64,000 nucleotides of DNA from Burkholderiales bacterium (GTDB lineage: Bacteria > Pseudomonadota > Gammaproteobacteria > Burkholderiales > SG8-39), in the NCBI GenBank assembly GCA_046160305.1, contig JBJXGX010000160.1, positions 4,219 to 68,218 of the forward strand. The letters are read 5' to 3'. This document shows positions 17,852-27,652 of this stretch, piece by piece (the first letter of the stretch is position 1; each line of letters begins with the position of its first letter). The translations under genes were made by a program, and so were the position numbers. The notes under the pieces are model-generated. The model was not told the DNA's origin. It saw only the letters and a list, made by a program, of their open reading frames with translations, and made no database searches.

Positions 17852-18835
17852 ATGTTCAAAGCGATCCTCCTCGACAAATCGGATGCGGGCTTCGACGCCA
17901 AGCTCACCGAGCTCGATGACAGTGCACTGCCCGAGGGCGATGTCACGGTTCGGGTCGAGTATTCCACCGTCAACTACAAGGACGGTCTGGCAATCACCAA
18001 CAAATCCCCCGTCGTGCGCAAATGGCCGATGGTGCCCGGGATCGATTTGGCCGGGACGGTGGAGGCGAGCAGCGCCGCCGCCTTTGCAGTGGGATCACGC
18101 GTGGTCCTGAATGGCTGGGGCGTCGGGGAGGGACATTGGGGCGGCCTTGCACAGAAAGCGCGCCTCAAAGCGAGTTGGCTGATTCCATTGCCGGCATCGA
18201 TCACGTCGCGCCAGGCTATGAGCATCGGCACGGCGGGCTATACGGCGATGCTTTGCATGCTTGGATTGGAGAAGCAGGGCGTCAAGCCCGAGCAAGGCGA
18301 AGTGCTCGTGACCGGCGCCGCGGGCGGTGTCGGATCGGTTGCCGTCGCGCTGCTGGCGGCACGCGGGTTCAAGGTGGTCGCTTCCACGCGCCGTATGAAC
18401 GAGGAAACGTATTTGAAGCGTCTCGGTGCGAATGAGCTGATCGATGCCGCCACGCTATCGGCGCCAGGCAAACCGTTGGCGCGCGAGCGCTGGGCCGGCG
18501 TAGTGGACACGGTTGGCAGCCACACGCTCGTCAATGCTTGCGCGGCGATGAAGGTTCGCGGGGTCGTGACCGCGTGCGGACTCGCGCAGGGCATGGATTT
18601 CCCCGCGACCGTGGCGCCCTTCATCCTGCGCGGCGTGACCTTGGTCGGTATCGACAGCGTCATGGCGCCACAGGCTGAGCGCATCGAAGCCTGGACCCGG
18701 CTTGCGAGCGACCTTGATCCGGCCAGGCTTGCATCGATGACCACGGAAATCAGCCTCGCCCAGGCGCTCGATGCCGGCCGCGATATCGTCGCCGGCAAGA
18801 TTCGCGGTCGTGTCGTCGTCGATGTCAATCGTTAG
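17852..18835 (+). CDS. YhdH/AcuI-type NADPH-dependent quinone oxidoreductase / acrylyl-CoA reductase
   Basis: 327 aa. The N-terminus VEYSTVNYKDGLAI and VPGIDLAGTV are typical of the YhdH/YhfP subfamily of MDR reductases. Confidence 0.85.
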   Translation: MFKAILLDKSDAGFDAKLTELDDSALPEGDVTVRVEYSTVNYKDGLAITNKSPVVRKWPMVPGIDLAGTVEASSAAAFAVGSRVVLNGWGVGEGHWGGLAQKARLKASWLIPLPASITSRQAMSIGTAGYTAMLCMLGLEKQGVKPEQGEVLVTGAAGGVGSVAVALLAARGFKVVASTRRMNEETYLKRLGANELIDAATLSAPGKPLARERWAGVVDTVGSHTLVNACAAMKVRGVVTACGLAQGMDFPATVAPFILRGVTLVGIDSVMAPQAERIEAWTRLASDLDPARLASMTTEISLAQALDAGRDIVAGKIRGRVVVDVNR

Positions 18836-18920
18836 AAATCCGCGCCACGTCACGCCGAGAGCGCTGCACGAAATCAATCAGCATCCCATCAACCATGTTG
18901 CAACCAAAAGGAAGAGCACG

Positions 18921-19772
18921 ATGAAAGGATTCAACCCCACATGGGCCGCGTTCACGCTGGCCGGTTTGATGGGCGCAAGCGCTGCGTTCGGGCAGGCGCC
19001 CGCGAAGAATGAATTTCAACCCGAGGTCGGGCAGGCCGGCAAAGATGTCATCTGGGTCCCGACGCCGGATTCCCTCGTGGCCAAAATGCTTGCAATGGCC
19101 AAGGTCACGGCGAACGATTTCGTGATCGATCTTGGCTCGGGAGATGGCCGTACCGTCATTGCCGCGGCGAAGATCGGCGCCACCGCGGAAGGCATCGAGT
19201 ACAACCCCGAGATGGTGTCGCTTTCGACGAAACGCGCGGCAGAAGCCGGTGTTGCCGCGAAAGCGAAATTCATGAAGGCCGATATTTTCGAGAGCGATTT
19301 TTCGAAGGCGACGGTCATCACGATGTATCTGCTGCCCGAGCTCAACTTGCGGTTGCGTCCGAAGCTGCTCGACATGAAACCAGGCACCCGCCTCGTCTCG
19401 CATGCCTTCACCATGGGTGAGTGGGACCCCGATGAACAGGCAACCATTGATGGCCGGAACGCAATGCTCTGGATCGTGCCCGCGAAGGCGCAGGGCATCT
19501 GGACGCTCCGCCCATCCGCGGGCAACAGCGCGGCGACGTACGAAGTCGCACTGACCCAGGCGTTTCAGAAATTGTCGGGCACGGTTCGACAGGGGCAGCA
19601 TTCGGCGAAAGTCGAAGACGGACTGGTCAACGGCGAGCAGGTCGTGTTCAGTTTCATTGATGCGCGTGGCGCGAAGCAGCGATTTTCCGGCAAGCAAAGC
19701 GCGAGCCGGTTGGAGGGTTCGCTCTCGGCTGGAAACGTTGCCGAGATGAAGTGGATCGCCGAGCGGAAATAG
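18921..19772 (+). CDS. exported class I SAM-dependent methyltransferase with a C-terminal extension
   Basis: ATG at 18921, preceded by AAGGAAG. The Sec-type signal is AAFTLAGLMGASAAFGQ. Motif I is VIDLGSGDGRTVI. It is a paralog of 14655..15239 with about 100 extra C-terminal residues. Confidence 0.75.
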   Translation: MKGFNPTWAAFTLAGLMGASAAFGQAPAKNEFQPEVGQAGKDVIWVPTPDSLVAKMLAMAKVTANDFVIDLGSGDGRTVIAAAKIGATAEGIEYNPEMVSLSTKRAAEAGVAAKAKFMKADIFESDFSKATVITMYLLPELNLRLRPKLLDMKPGTRLVSHAFTMGEWDPDEQATIDGRNAMLWIVPAKAQGIWTLRPSAGNSAATYEVALTQAFQKLSGTVRQGQHSAKVEDGLVNGEQVVFSFIDARGAKQRFSGKQSASRLEGSLSAGNVAEMKWIAERK

Positions 19773-19801
19773 GCGATCAAACCCGTGGCGCGCGCACGAC
19801 C

Positions 19802-21223
19802 GTGATCGACGAGAATCTTTGCTTTCTCGACGCGGTCGCGCTCGCGCGTTTGATTCGCGTAGGCGAGGTGTCGGCATGGGAAGTCATGCACGCCCATCTT
19901 GCCCAGATCGAGCGCGTCAATCCGGAGGTCAATGCGGTCGTAACGTTGGTCGCGGATCGTGCGCTCGCCTGGGCGCGCGATCTTGACGATCGCCGGGCGC
20001 GCGGCGCAACGCTTGGGCCCTTGCACGGATTGCCGGTTGCGCATAAGGATCTGGTCAACACCAAAGGCATCCGCACGACATTGGGGTCACTCGTCTTCAA
20101 GGATTTTGTTCCCGACGAAGATCATCTGATCGTTACCCGATTGCGCGAAGCGGGTGCGATCACCTTGGGCAAGACCAACACACCCGAGTTCGGCGCCGGC
20201 TCCCAGACCTTCAACAAGGTATTCGGCGCCACCCGCAATCCCTATGATCTCTCGCGCACCTGCGGTGGTTCCAGCGGCGGTGCGGCCGTGGCGCTTGCGT
20301 GCGGCATGGTGCCGATTGCCGATGGGAGCGATCTTGGTGGCTCACTTCGTAATCCGGCGAATTTCTGCAACATCGTCGGCATGCGGCCTTCTGCTGGTCG
20401 CGTACCGGCGTACCCCAATGCCAACGGCTGGTATTCGCTCAGCGTGTTGGGGCCGATGGCGCGGTCGGTGAGCGATGTGGCGCTGATGTTGTCGGCGATC
20501 GCCGGACCGGATTCGCGCTCACCGATTTCATTGGAGGCGCCCGGGGCAACGTTCGCACCGCCCCTCGATCGGGATTTCCGGGGAACGCGGATTGCTTTCT
20601 CCGCCGATTTCGCAAAGATCATTCCGGTCGAGCCGGCGGTTGTGAATGCGATTGCGCCGCACCGGTCGACATTCGAATCCCTCGGTTGTGTCGTCGACGA
20701 GGCGCTGCCTGATTTCACCGACGCGAACGAGATTTTCGGGCGCCTGCGGGCCTATCAATACGAGAGCAATTTCGGCGCGCTGGTCGATCGTCATCGCGAC
20801 CTGATCAAAGACACGGTGATCTGGAATATCGAAGAGGGGCGCAAGCTCTCCGGTCCGGATATCGCCGAGGCGGAGCGCCTGCGCACCGCGCTTTTCCGGC
20901 GCGTGCATGCGTTCTTCGAGCACTACGCATTTCTTGTGCTGCCGGTGAGCCAGGTGTTGCCGTTCGATATCGATACGCCCTATGTGAAGGCGATCAATGG
21001 CGTGCCGATGCAAACGTACATCGATTGGATGCGCTCCTGCATCTACATTACGGTGACCGGGCATCCGGCGATATCGGTGCCCTGCGGATTCTCACCCGAT
21101 GGATTGCCGGTGGGTTTGCAGATCGTCGGACGCTATCGGGATGATCGCGGCGTGCTGGAGCTGGCGTATGCGTTCGAGCAGGCGACGCGGGTGGGGGAGC
21201 GGCGTCCTGCGGTCGCTCTCTAA
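19802..21223 (+). CDS. amidase (amidase-signature family)
   Basis: Contains the GGSSGG signature. The ORF opens at GTG 19751, overlapping the previous gene. I chose GTG 19802 (MIDENLCFLDA). The start is uncertain. Confidence 0.85.
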   Translation: MIDENLCFLDAVALARLIRVGEVSAWEVMHAHLAQIERVNPEVNAVVTLVADRALAWARDLDDRRARGATLGPLHGLPVAHKDLVNTKGIRTTLGSLVFKDFVPDEDHLIVTRLREAGAITLGKTNTPEFGAGSQTFNKVFGATRNPYDLSRTCGGSSGGAAVALACGMVPIADGSDLGGSLRNPANFCNIVGMRPSAGRVPAYPNANGWYSLSVLGPMARSVSDVALMLSAIAGPDSRSPISLEAPGATFAPPLDRDFRGTRIAFSADFAKIIPVEPAVVNAIAPHRSTFESLGCVVDEALPDFTDANEIFGRLRAYQYESNFGALVDRHRDLIKDTVIWNIEEGRKLSGPDIAEAERLRTALFRRVHAFFEHYAFLVLPVSQVLPFDIDTPYVKAINGVPMQTYIDWMRSCIYITVTGHPAISVPCGFSPDGLPVGLQIVGRYRDDRGVLELAYAFEQATRVGERRPAVAL

Positions 21224-21252
21224 AGCGTACACATGTCTGAATCGTCCCAATG

Positions 21253-21397
21253 GAACACGGAGGACGCAGAGGGGAAAGGAGAGGACGCGGAGGAATTCGA
21301 TGGCGTTCGCGATCAGGGTTGGTCCTCGTCCAAGTGATCGAACGGGGAGAACCCGCTCGGGACAGGCCCTTCGACAAGCAGAGGACAGGCCCTTCGA
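21253..21397. repeat. composite intergenic repeat region
   Basis: GAACACGGAGGACGCAGAGG (21253-21272) resembles the arms of the elements at 16235 and 31351. GGACAGGCCCTTCGA occurs twice, at 21360-21374 and 21383-21397. Confidence 0.7.
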
Positions 21398-21436
21398 AGC
21401 CTTGCCCGCGGAAACCGCATAGTCCGTTCACGCCCC

Positions 21437-22384
21437 ATGAGCCACTCGTTACCGTTTCTCGCCGCTGACGAGATTCATCGCGCGCTTGATTTCCGGTTGC
21501 TCACCGACGCGCTTGCCGAGGCGTTTCGCGTCGGCGCCGAGGTGCCGGTGCGCCATGCGCATTCGGTGAACGGCGCCGGCGATGGCAAGCTCCTGCTGAT
21601 GCCCGCATGGCGCCCCGATGAATCGATCGGCATCAAGATCGTCACCGTGTTTCCGGGCAATCGGGCGCACGGGGTACCTACGGTCGGCGCCCTCTACATC
21701 TTGCTGGATGGTGCGACCGGTCATCCGGTGGCGCTGCTGGATGGCGAGGCGATTACGCTCAGGCGGACCGGCGCCGCGTCAGCGCTCGCCGCGCGTTACC
21801 TTGCGCGACCCGATGCCCGCATATTGCTCGTTGTGGGAACCGGCGTATTGGCGCCCTTTATGGCGCGTGCCCATGCTGCGAATCATTCGTTCGATCGCGT
21901 CCTGGTGTGGGGTCGTAGTGATCCGCGTGTCCATGTGCTCGTCGCGCGACTCGCGGCGGACGGCCTGCCTGCGGAAGCTGCCGGTGATATCGATGCCGCA
22001 ATGGCGGTCGCCGACATCGTCACCTGCGCGACCACGTCGATGGAACCGATCATCCACGGACACCAACTGCGCCCGGGCATGCATCTTGACCTGGTCGGCG
22101 GGTTCACGCCCCAGATGCGCGAAACGGACGATGCCTGCCTCGCCCGCACCAGCGTTTTCGTTGACACGATTGCCGGCGCGCTCAAAGAGGCCGGTGATCT
22201 CGTCCAGCCCATTGCGGCGGGGACGTTTTCGCGTGGCGAGGTGCGGGGTGAACTAGCCGACCTCGTGACCGGACGTCATGTCGGCCGGCAGCGTGCCGAT
22301 GAGATCACGCTATTCAAATCGGTGGGTACCGCACTCGAGGATCTCGCGGCGGCGCGCCTCGCGTTCGATCGGCGTGCGGGATAG
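21437..22384 (+). CDS. ornithine cyclodeaminase / mu-crystallin family protein
   Basis: 315 aa with a family-typical layout and the Rossmann segment LLVVGTGVLA. Confidence 0.85.
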   Translation: MSHSLPFLAADEIHRALDFRLLTDALAEAFRVGAEVPVRHAHSVNGAGDGKLLLMPAWRPDESIGIKIVTVFPGNRAHGVPTVGALYILLDGATGHPVALLDGEAITLRRTGAASALAARYLARPDARILLVVGTGVLAPFMARAHAANHSFDRVLVWGRSDPRVHVLVARLAADGLPAEAAGDIDAAMAVADIVTCATTSMEPIIHGHQLRPGMHLDLVGGFTPQMRETDDACLARTSVFVDTIAGALKEAGDLVQPIAAGTFSRGEVRGELADLVTGRHVGRQRADEITLFKSVGTALEDLAAARLAFDRRAG

Positions 22385-22448
22385 GTCGTGCGAGATCCTC
22401 GTGTCGCCGCGCGCTATGCCAAGACCGCAACCGCCTCGATTGCAACCT

Positions 22449-23237
22449 TCATGCGTTCGCCGTCGCCGCGAATTCCCGAAACACCTTGACGAAATGATCG
22501 GGCTTTTCCGTCTGGGGCAGATGCCCGCATGCCGGCACGATATCGACCCGCGCATGCGGAATCAGTTTCTTGAACGCCGCGGCGTATCCGGACGGGAGGA
22601 TCTTGTCGCTGTCGCCCCACACGATTTGGGTTGGGACCTTGATCCGGTGCAGCCACTTGTGCAGATGCGGATCGAACAGGCGCGGTTCCCAGGCGAGCTT
22701 CGCGGTGGCGTGATAGTTCTTGATCGACACCTCGACCTGTTCCGGAGTGGGCGGGACGGACAGCAGCCGATCGGCAATCGTCTGATCATGGAATAGATTG
22801 CGCACGCGCTCCTCGGGCGTCCAGAGAAAGAGATCCCCTCTTTTCAGGCCCTGCGAATAGATGCCGGAAGGTCCGATCACGCTCATTGCGCGAATGCGTT
22901 CGGCGCTCCGGACCGCGATCTCCAGGGCGAGCCATCCGCCGATCGAGCTGCCGACCAGGAACACCTTGCGCAGATCGAGCTGCTCCATCACATCGAGATA
23001 GAAGTAGGCGAGATCGTGGATATTGTCCATCCACTCGGGTTCATCCGATGCGCCAAAGCCAGGATGCTCCGGGACGAGCACCTCGTAGTTCTTGGCCAGC
23101 TCGGACATGAACGGCTGCACCATGGCCGCGCCGCCCGCGCCGTGCAGAAACAAGAGCGTCGGGCCGCTACCGCCACGCTTGAGGGTGAAACGGCAGCCGT
23201 TGGTCGTGAGTACGTCGGATTTGAAGGTCGCAGTCAT
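22449..23237 (-). CDS. alpha/beta hydrolase (meta-cleavage-product hydrolase-like)
   Basis: 262 aa. Contains the nucleophile elbow GSSIGG and LLFLHGAGGA. Confidence 0.85.
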   Translation of the reverse strand: MTATFKSDVLTTNGCRFTLKRGGSGPTLLFLHGAGGAAMVQPFMSELAKNYEVLVPEHPGFGASDEPEWMDNIHDLAYFYLDVMEQLDLRKVFLVGSSIGGWLALEIAVRSAERIRAMSVIGPSGIYSQGLKRGDLFLWTPEERVRNLFHDQTIADRLLSVPPTPEQVEVSIKNYHATAKLAWEPRLFDPHLHKWLHRIKVPTQIVWGDSDKILPSGYAAAFKKLIPHARVDIVPACGHLPQTEKPDHFVKVFREFAATANA

Positions 23238-23393
23238 GCAGTGTCATCAGAGTTGGAAGGGTCGGGTGCCTGTTTATTCTGTCGGCGCGTGATTGTCAAT
23301 CTCGACGGCGATCCGTGGCGACGGTGACTGGCGGATCGGGCGGCGTAGAATCGCGCTCGCCGACATTCAATCGAAACGGGAGCCACCCTTATC

Positions 23394-24140
23394 ATGCCAA
23401 GAAGCGTCGTCGCACGCATGGATGCCGTCGTGGATGCGTTCGCCACCCGGTGCCGGTTCTTTCGTGAGCCGATGACCAAGTCGCGCGCGCAGATGTTCGC
23501 GATGCAGCATCGCCTGAATACCCGCCAGCGCAACTCAGTCCTGAAGCTCAAGGTTGCGACCAACTGCACCGACTGGGACACGCGCATTCGCATCCTGAAA
23601 GCATGCAGTGAAGAGGTGATCGCCGATCATGAGCACGGCGGTGGACGCGCGCACTGGCAGATCCTCGAAGACCTTGGCGTGCGCATCGGTCTGCGGCGCT
23701 TGCAGCTCCAGAAGGCGACGCCGTTGCCCTCCACGCAACTTTGCTGGGCGGCCTGGGAAGGGCTCATGGCGAACAAGCATTGGCTCGAAGGTATCGTTGC
23801 CAACACGTGCGCCGAGCGCGTCAATGTGCCCGGTTACGGTACCGGCCTCTTCAAGCGACGCGGCTGGTTCGGTGTGGAGCGGCAACGCTGGGGCCGGCTG
23901 TTTGCGCTCGCGAACGATGAAATGGAATTCTTCTCGCTGCATGAAGAGGCGGACATCGAGCATTCGAACATGGGGTGGAAGGCCGTTGAGCGGTTTGCCC
24001 GCGAGCTGCACATGGAAGATGCGGTGGTCACCGCCTGTGAACGCAATCTCTTCGTCTGGGAGCACTACCTGAATGGCATCGCGGCCGGCGGGGACGCGCT
24101 CGCTCGCGAACAACGCGCAGCGGGACGCGCGCGATCATGA
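23394..24140 (+). CDS. heme-oxygenase-like fold protein (iron-containing redox enzyme / PqqC-TenA-like family)
   Basis: 248 aa and predicted to be helical. Glu/His-rich segments (EEVIADHEH, LHEEADIEH) are spaced as in heme-oxygenase-like diiron proteins. Confidence 0.45.
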   Translation: MPRSVVARMDAVVDAFATRCRFFREPMTKSRAQMFAMQHRLNTRQRNSVLKLKVATNCTDWDTRIRILKACSEEVIADHEHGGGRAHWQILEDLGVRIGLRRLQLQKATPLPSTQLCWAAWEGLMANKHWLEGIVANTCAERVNVPGYGTGLFKRRGWFGVERQRWGRLFALANDEMEFFSLHEEADIEHSNMGWKAVERFARELHMEDAVVTACERNLFVWEHYLNGIAAGGDALAREQRAAGRARS

Positions 24141-24315
24141 GGAAAGTGTTCCTGAGCAAAGAGTGATGCTCCGGCAACCACGACGGCTCCAGCCTGCCCC
24201 CGCGAAGGCGGGGGACACGACGGTTCACGGAAAGGCGCTTGCATTGTGGGATCAGGCGACGCGTCGTGTCCGTCGAGTCGTCGTGTTGGATCTTGATCTT
24301 AAGGGTTAGGGTGCA

Positions 24316-25275
24316 ATGAAGCGTCTCCTTGCTTGCGCGATGCTCGCGATCGCCTGCGCTGTTCCGGCGGTGTTTGCCCAATACCCGGCTAAGCCGATCC
24401 GCTTCGTCGCGCCGATTCCGCCTGGCGGCGGCCCCGACATCATTGGTCGCCTCGTGGCGAGCAAGCTCTTCGAAGGGTCGGGCTATCAGGTGATCGTCGA
24501 GAATCGGGTCGGCGGGAACGGCATCGTCGCGGGCGAATATGTCGCGAGGGCGCAGCCCGACGGCTATACGCTATTGCTTGGCATGGATAGCCTGCTTACG
24601 ATCAATCCGCACGTGTATCGCAAGATGCCGTTCGATCCGCTCAGGGATCTCACGCCGGTGGCAAGCCTCGTATCGAATGGATTCTTCCTTGCGCTCAATC
24701 CGCAGGTGCCCGCGCGATCTTTGGCGGAATTCATCGCGCACGCAAAGAAGGCCGATCCACCGTTGCAATACGCATCCGGTGGAAATGGCAGTCAACATCA
24801 CTTGACGATGGAGCGGCTGAAGGCACGCGCGGGATTCGAGATGGTGCATGTGCCGTACAAGGGCGGGTCACCCGCGACGACTGCTACCGTTGCGGGCGAG
24901 GTTTCCTCGATGATGTCGGGCACCTCCAACGCCGGCCAGATCCGGGCCGGCAAGCTGCGGGCGATTGCCTACACCGGGCGGGCGCGCTCCTCGATCCTGC
25001 CCGATGTGCCCGCCATCGCCGAGTCGTTTCCCGGTTTCGAGATGACACAGTGGTACGCGATTCTCGGACCGATCGGCATGCCGGAACCCGTGCTCGTTCA
25101 GTTGCGTGGCGAAATCGCGAAAGTGCTGCGCATGCCCGAGATGATCGAGCGGCTCAAGTTGGCCGGCGGAGTGGAGCCGTGGATCACGACGCCGTCGGAA
25201 TTCGAGGCGGCCATCCGCGCCGACTACGAGAAGAACGCGAAACTCGTCCGGGACATCGGGATCAAGATCGATTGA
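24316..25275 (+). CDS. Bug-family (TctC-like) periplasmic solute-binding protein
   Basis: 319 aa with a signal peptide followed by YPAKPIRFVAPIPPGGG. Confidence 0.9.
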   Translation: MKRLLACAMLAIACAVPAVFAQYPAKPIRFVAPIPPGGGPDIIGRLVASKLFEGSGYQVIVENRVGGNGIVAGEYVARAQPDGYTLLLGMDSLLTINPHVYRKMPFDPLRDLTPVASLVSNGFFLALNPQVPARSLAEFIAHAKKADPPLQYASGGNGSQHHLTMERLKARAGFEMVHVPYKGGSPATTATVAGEVSSMMSGTSNAGQIRAGKLRAIAYTGRARSSILPDVPAIAESFPGFEMTQWYAILGPIGMPEPVLVQLRGEIAKVLRMPEMIERLKLAGGVEPWITTPSEFEAAIRADYEKNAKLVRDIGIKID

Positions 25276-25449
25276 TCCGCAGGAGCGGGCGATGGGTCAA
25301 CCATGCTCGGGACTCGGCCGTTGCATAGTGACCGCCCTGTGCCCCGTACCCACCCGTGAGAACCCTGCGTGGTTTGCTGCGCGCGGATTCCTTGATTCCT
25401 AGTATGATCGCGCGCTTTTGCCGGTCGCTCTTTCACTGCCCCCACGCCA

Positions 25450-27522
25450 ATGGCCGCCACTGCCGCACCCCAATCCATCGCGCAAGCGCCCGCGAGCTCG
25501 TCGATCCGGCCCTACGCCATCACGATCTTCCTGTCGGCGTTCCTGCTCTTCCTGGTCCAACCGATCATCGCGAAGCAGATCCTTCCATGGTTCGGCGGGT
25601 CGGCGGCGGTGTGGACCACCTGCCTCGTCTTCTTCCAGAGCATCCTGCTCGCGGGCTATGCGTATGCGGACGTGACCAACCGCCTCGGGCTGCGCCGGCA
25701 GACGATCCTGCATATCGCGCTCCTTTTCCTGTCGCTGCTGACGCTTCCCATCATCGCGTCCTCGGGATGGAAACCCGCCGGCGAGGAAGAGCCGATCGGC
25801 CGTATTCTCTTGTTGTTGCTCGCCACGATCGGCCTGCCGTATTTTCTGCTGGCCACCACGACGCCGCTCCTGCAGGCCTGGTACTGGCGGCGATTCGAGG
25901 CGGCGGTCCCGTATCGATTGTTCGCGTTGTCGAACTTCGCTTCGCTCCTCGCCCTGTTCGGGTTCCCGGTGTTGCTGGAGCCGTTCCTCTCGCTCCCGCA
26001 TCTTGGCTGGACGTGGTCGGGCCTCTACGCAGCGTTCGTGGTGATCTGTGCCGGCACCGGCTGGATGTCGCTCCGCGCCTCCGAAAGTGAAGGCATCGCG
26101 AAGACATCGGCATCCGCGCCGACAGCGGGTGCTGCGGTGGCCGCGCCGCCGTCGGCCGTCCTGCAATTGCTGTGGCTCGTATTGTCGGCGATGGGATCGG
26201 TCATGCTGCTCGCCGTGACCAACCACGTCACGCAGAATATTTCCAGCGTGCCGTTCCTCTGGGTGTTGCCGCTCTCGCTCTATCTCATCACGTTCATCCT
26301 TTGCTTCGATCATCCGCGCTGGTACAAACGATGGATCTTCATCGCGCTGCTCGTGCCGGGCATTCCGGCGATGGCGTACTACCTTCCCAGCCATGATCTG
26401 CAATTGGCCGCGATCCTCTATTTCAGCGGCATGTTCGTCGCCTGCATGTTCTGTCATGGCGAGCTCGCACGGCTGAAACCCGATCCGCGTTACCTCACGC
26501 GCTTCTATCTGATGCTCTCATTGGGCGGGGCGATCGGTGCCGTGCTGATCGCGATCGTCGCGCCGCTCACATTGCGCGGCTACTACGAAATCGGGATCGC
26601 ACTGGTCGCACTCGCGCTCGTGATGTTCGTGCAGATGCGGGCCATCGTGCCGCGGTTGATTGCGCTTGGCGCTGCGATTGCAACCGGATACCTGTTCGGC
26701 CAGGGCGTGCGCGAGTATCTCGATGATGTGCGCATGATGGAGCGCGATTTCTACGGCGTCGTCCGTACGCGCGATCGCAGCAAGCCCGCGCCGTACCGCG
26801 CGATGTTGCATGGAAGCATCGTCCATGGCGGTCAACTGCTTGGGGACGATTTCAAGAACACGGCGAGCGATTACTTCGGGCCGACCTCCGGGTATGGGCG
26901 ATTGTTCGCGAGCCTCCCGGCGGACAAGCCGCGGAACATCGGCGTCATCGGACTCGGCGCGGGGGTCATCGCGGCCTATGGGCGCCCGGGCGATACCCTC
27001 GTTTTCTACGAGATCAGCCCGAAGGTTGTCGATCTTGCGAAGCGCGAGTTCACCTTTCTCAAGGACACGCACGCCAAGACCGAGCTTGTGATGGGCGATG
27101 GGCGTCTCAGCCTGGAACGCGAACCGCCGCGAAAGTACGACATCCTGGGGATCGATGCCTTCTCGGGGGATTCGATTCCGATGCACCTGGTCACCCGCGA
27201 GGCGATGCAGGTGTATGTGAAGCATCTTGCCGACAACGGTGTAATCGTTTTTCAGGCCACGAATCGCTATGTGAACCTGATGCCCGTCATCAAGCGGCTT
27301 GCCGCCGAAGTGGGGATGGAGGCCGTGCTCGTATCGGATTCACCGGAGCACACCAATGGACCGGAGTATTGGTATTCGTCGACCGATCAGGTGATCGTGA
27401 CCAAGAACAAGGCGCTCCTGGAAGCACCACGGCTGAAAGAAGCCATCGCGCCGATCGAGGACAACATGGCGCTTCCCACATTCACGGATCATCATCACAA
27501 TCTGTTCCGTATTCTGAAGTAG
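25450..27522 (+). CDS. fused polytopic membrane domain / spermidine-synthase-like protein
   Basis: 690 aa. The first 420 or so residues are strongly hydrophobic with many TM segments. The C-terminus has a class I MTase/spermidine synthase-like fold (VIGLGAGV...DILGIDAFSGDSIP). Confidence 0.75.
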   Translation: MAATAAPQSIAQAPASSSIRPYAITIFLSAFLLFLVQPIIAKQILPWFGGSAAVWTTCLVFFQSILLAGYAYADVTNRLGLRRQTILHIALLFLSLLTLPIIASSGWKPAGEEEPIGRILLLLLATIGLPYFLLATTTPLLQAWYWRRFEAAVPYRLFALSNFASLLALFGFPVLLEPFLSLPHLGWTWSGLYAAFVVICAGTGWMSLRASESEGIAKTSASAPTAGAAVAAPPSAVLQLLWLVLSAMGSVMLLAVTNHVTQNISSVPFLWVLPLSLYLITFILCFDHPRWYKRWIFIALLVPGIPAMAYYLPSHDLQLAAILYFSGMFVACMFCHGELARLKPDPRYLTRFYLMLSLGGAIGAVLIAIVAPLTLRGYYEIGIALVALALVMFVQMRAIVPRLIALGAAIATGYLFGQGVREYLDDVRMMERDFYGVVRTRDRSKPAPYRAMLHGSIVHGGQLLGDDFKNTASDYFGPTSGYGRLFASLPADKPRNIGVIGLGAGVIAAYGRPGDTLVFYEISPKVVDLAKREFTFLKDTHAKTELVMGDGRLSLEREPPRKYDILGIDAFSGDSIPMHLVTREAMQVYVKHLADNGVIVFQATNRYVNLMPVIKRLAAEVGMEAVLVSDSPEHTNGPEYWYSSTDQVIVTKNKALLEAPRLKEAIAPIEDNMALPTFTDHHHNLFRILK

Positions 27523-27652
27523 CGACCGTCGCGGATCAGAACCGGATGGCACGTACGTAAGCGATCCAGGCCCATTTGCCCGCCATCCTCTCACTCGAGG
27601 ACGTAGTAATTGGGGTGCCCGTTCGGTCGTTTGCTTGGGCTTAGAGGATTGA

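Noticed and set aside
25399-26457. 352-aa minus-strand ORF, extremely Arg/Glu/Asp-rich
   Set aside because: It is antisense to the membrane domain of the spermidine-synthase-like gene. Its composition is an artefact of reading hydrophobic codons in reverse.
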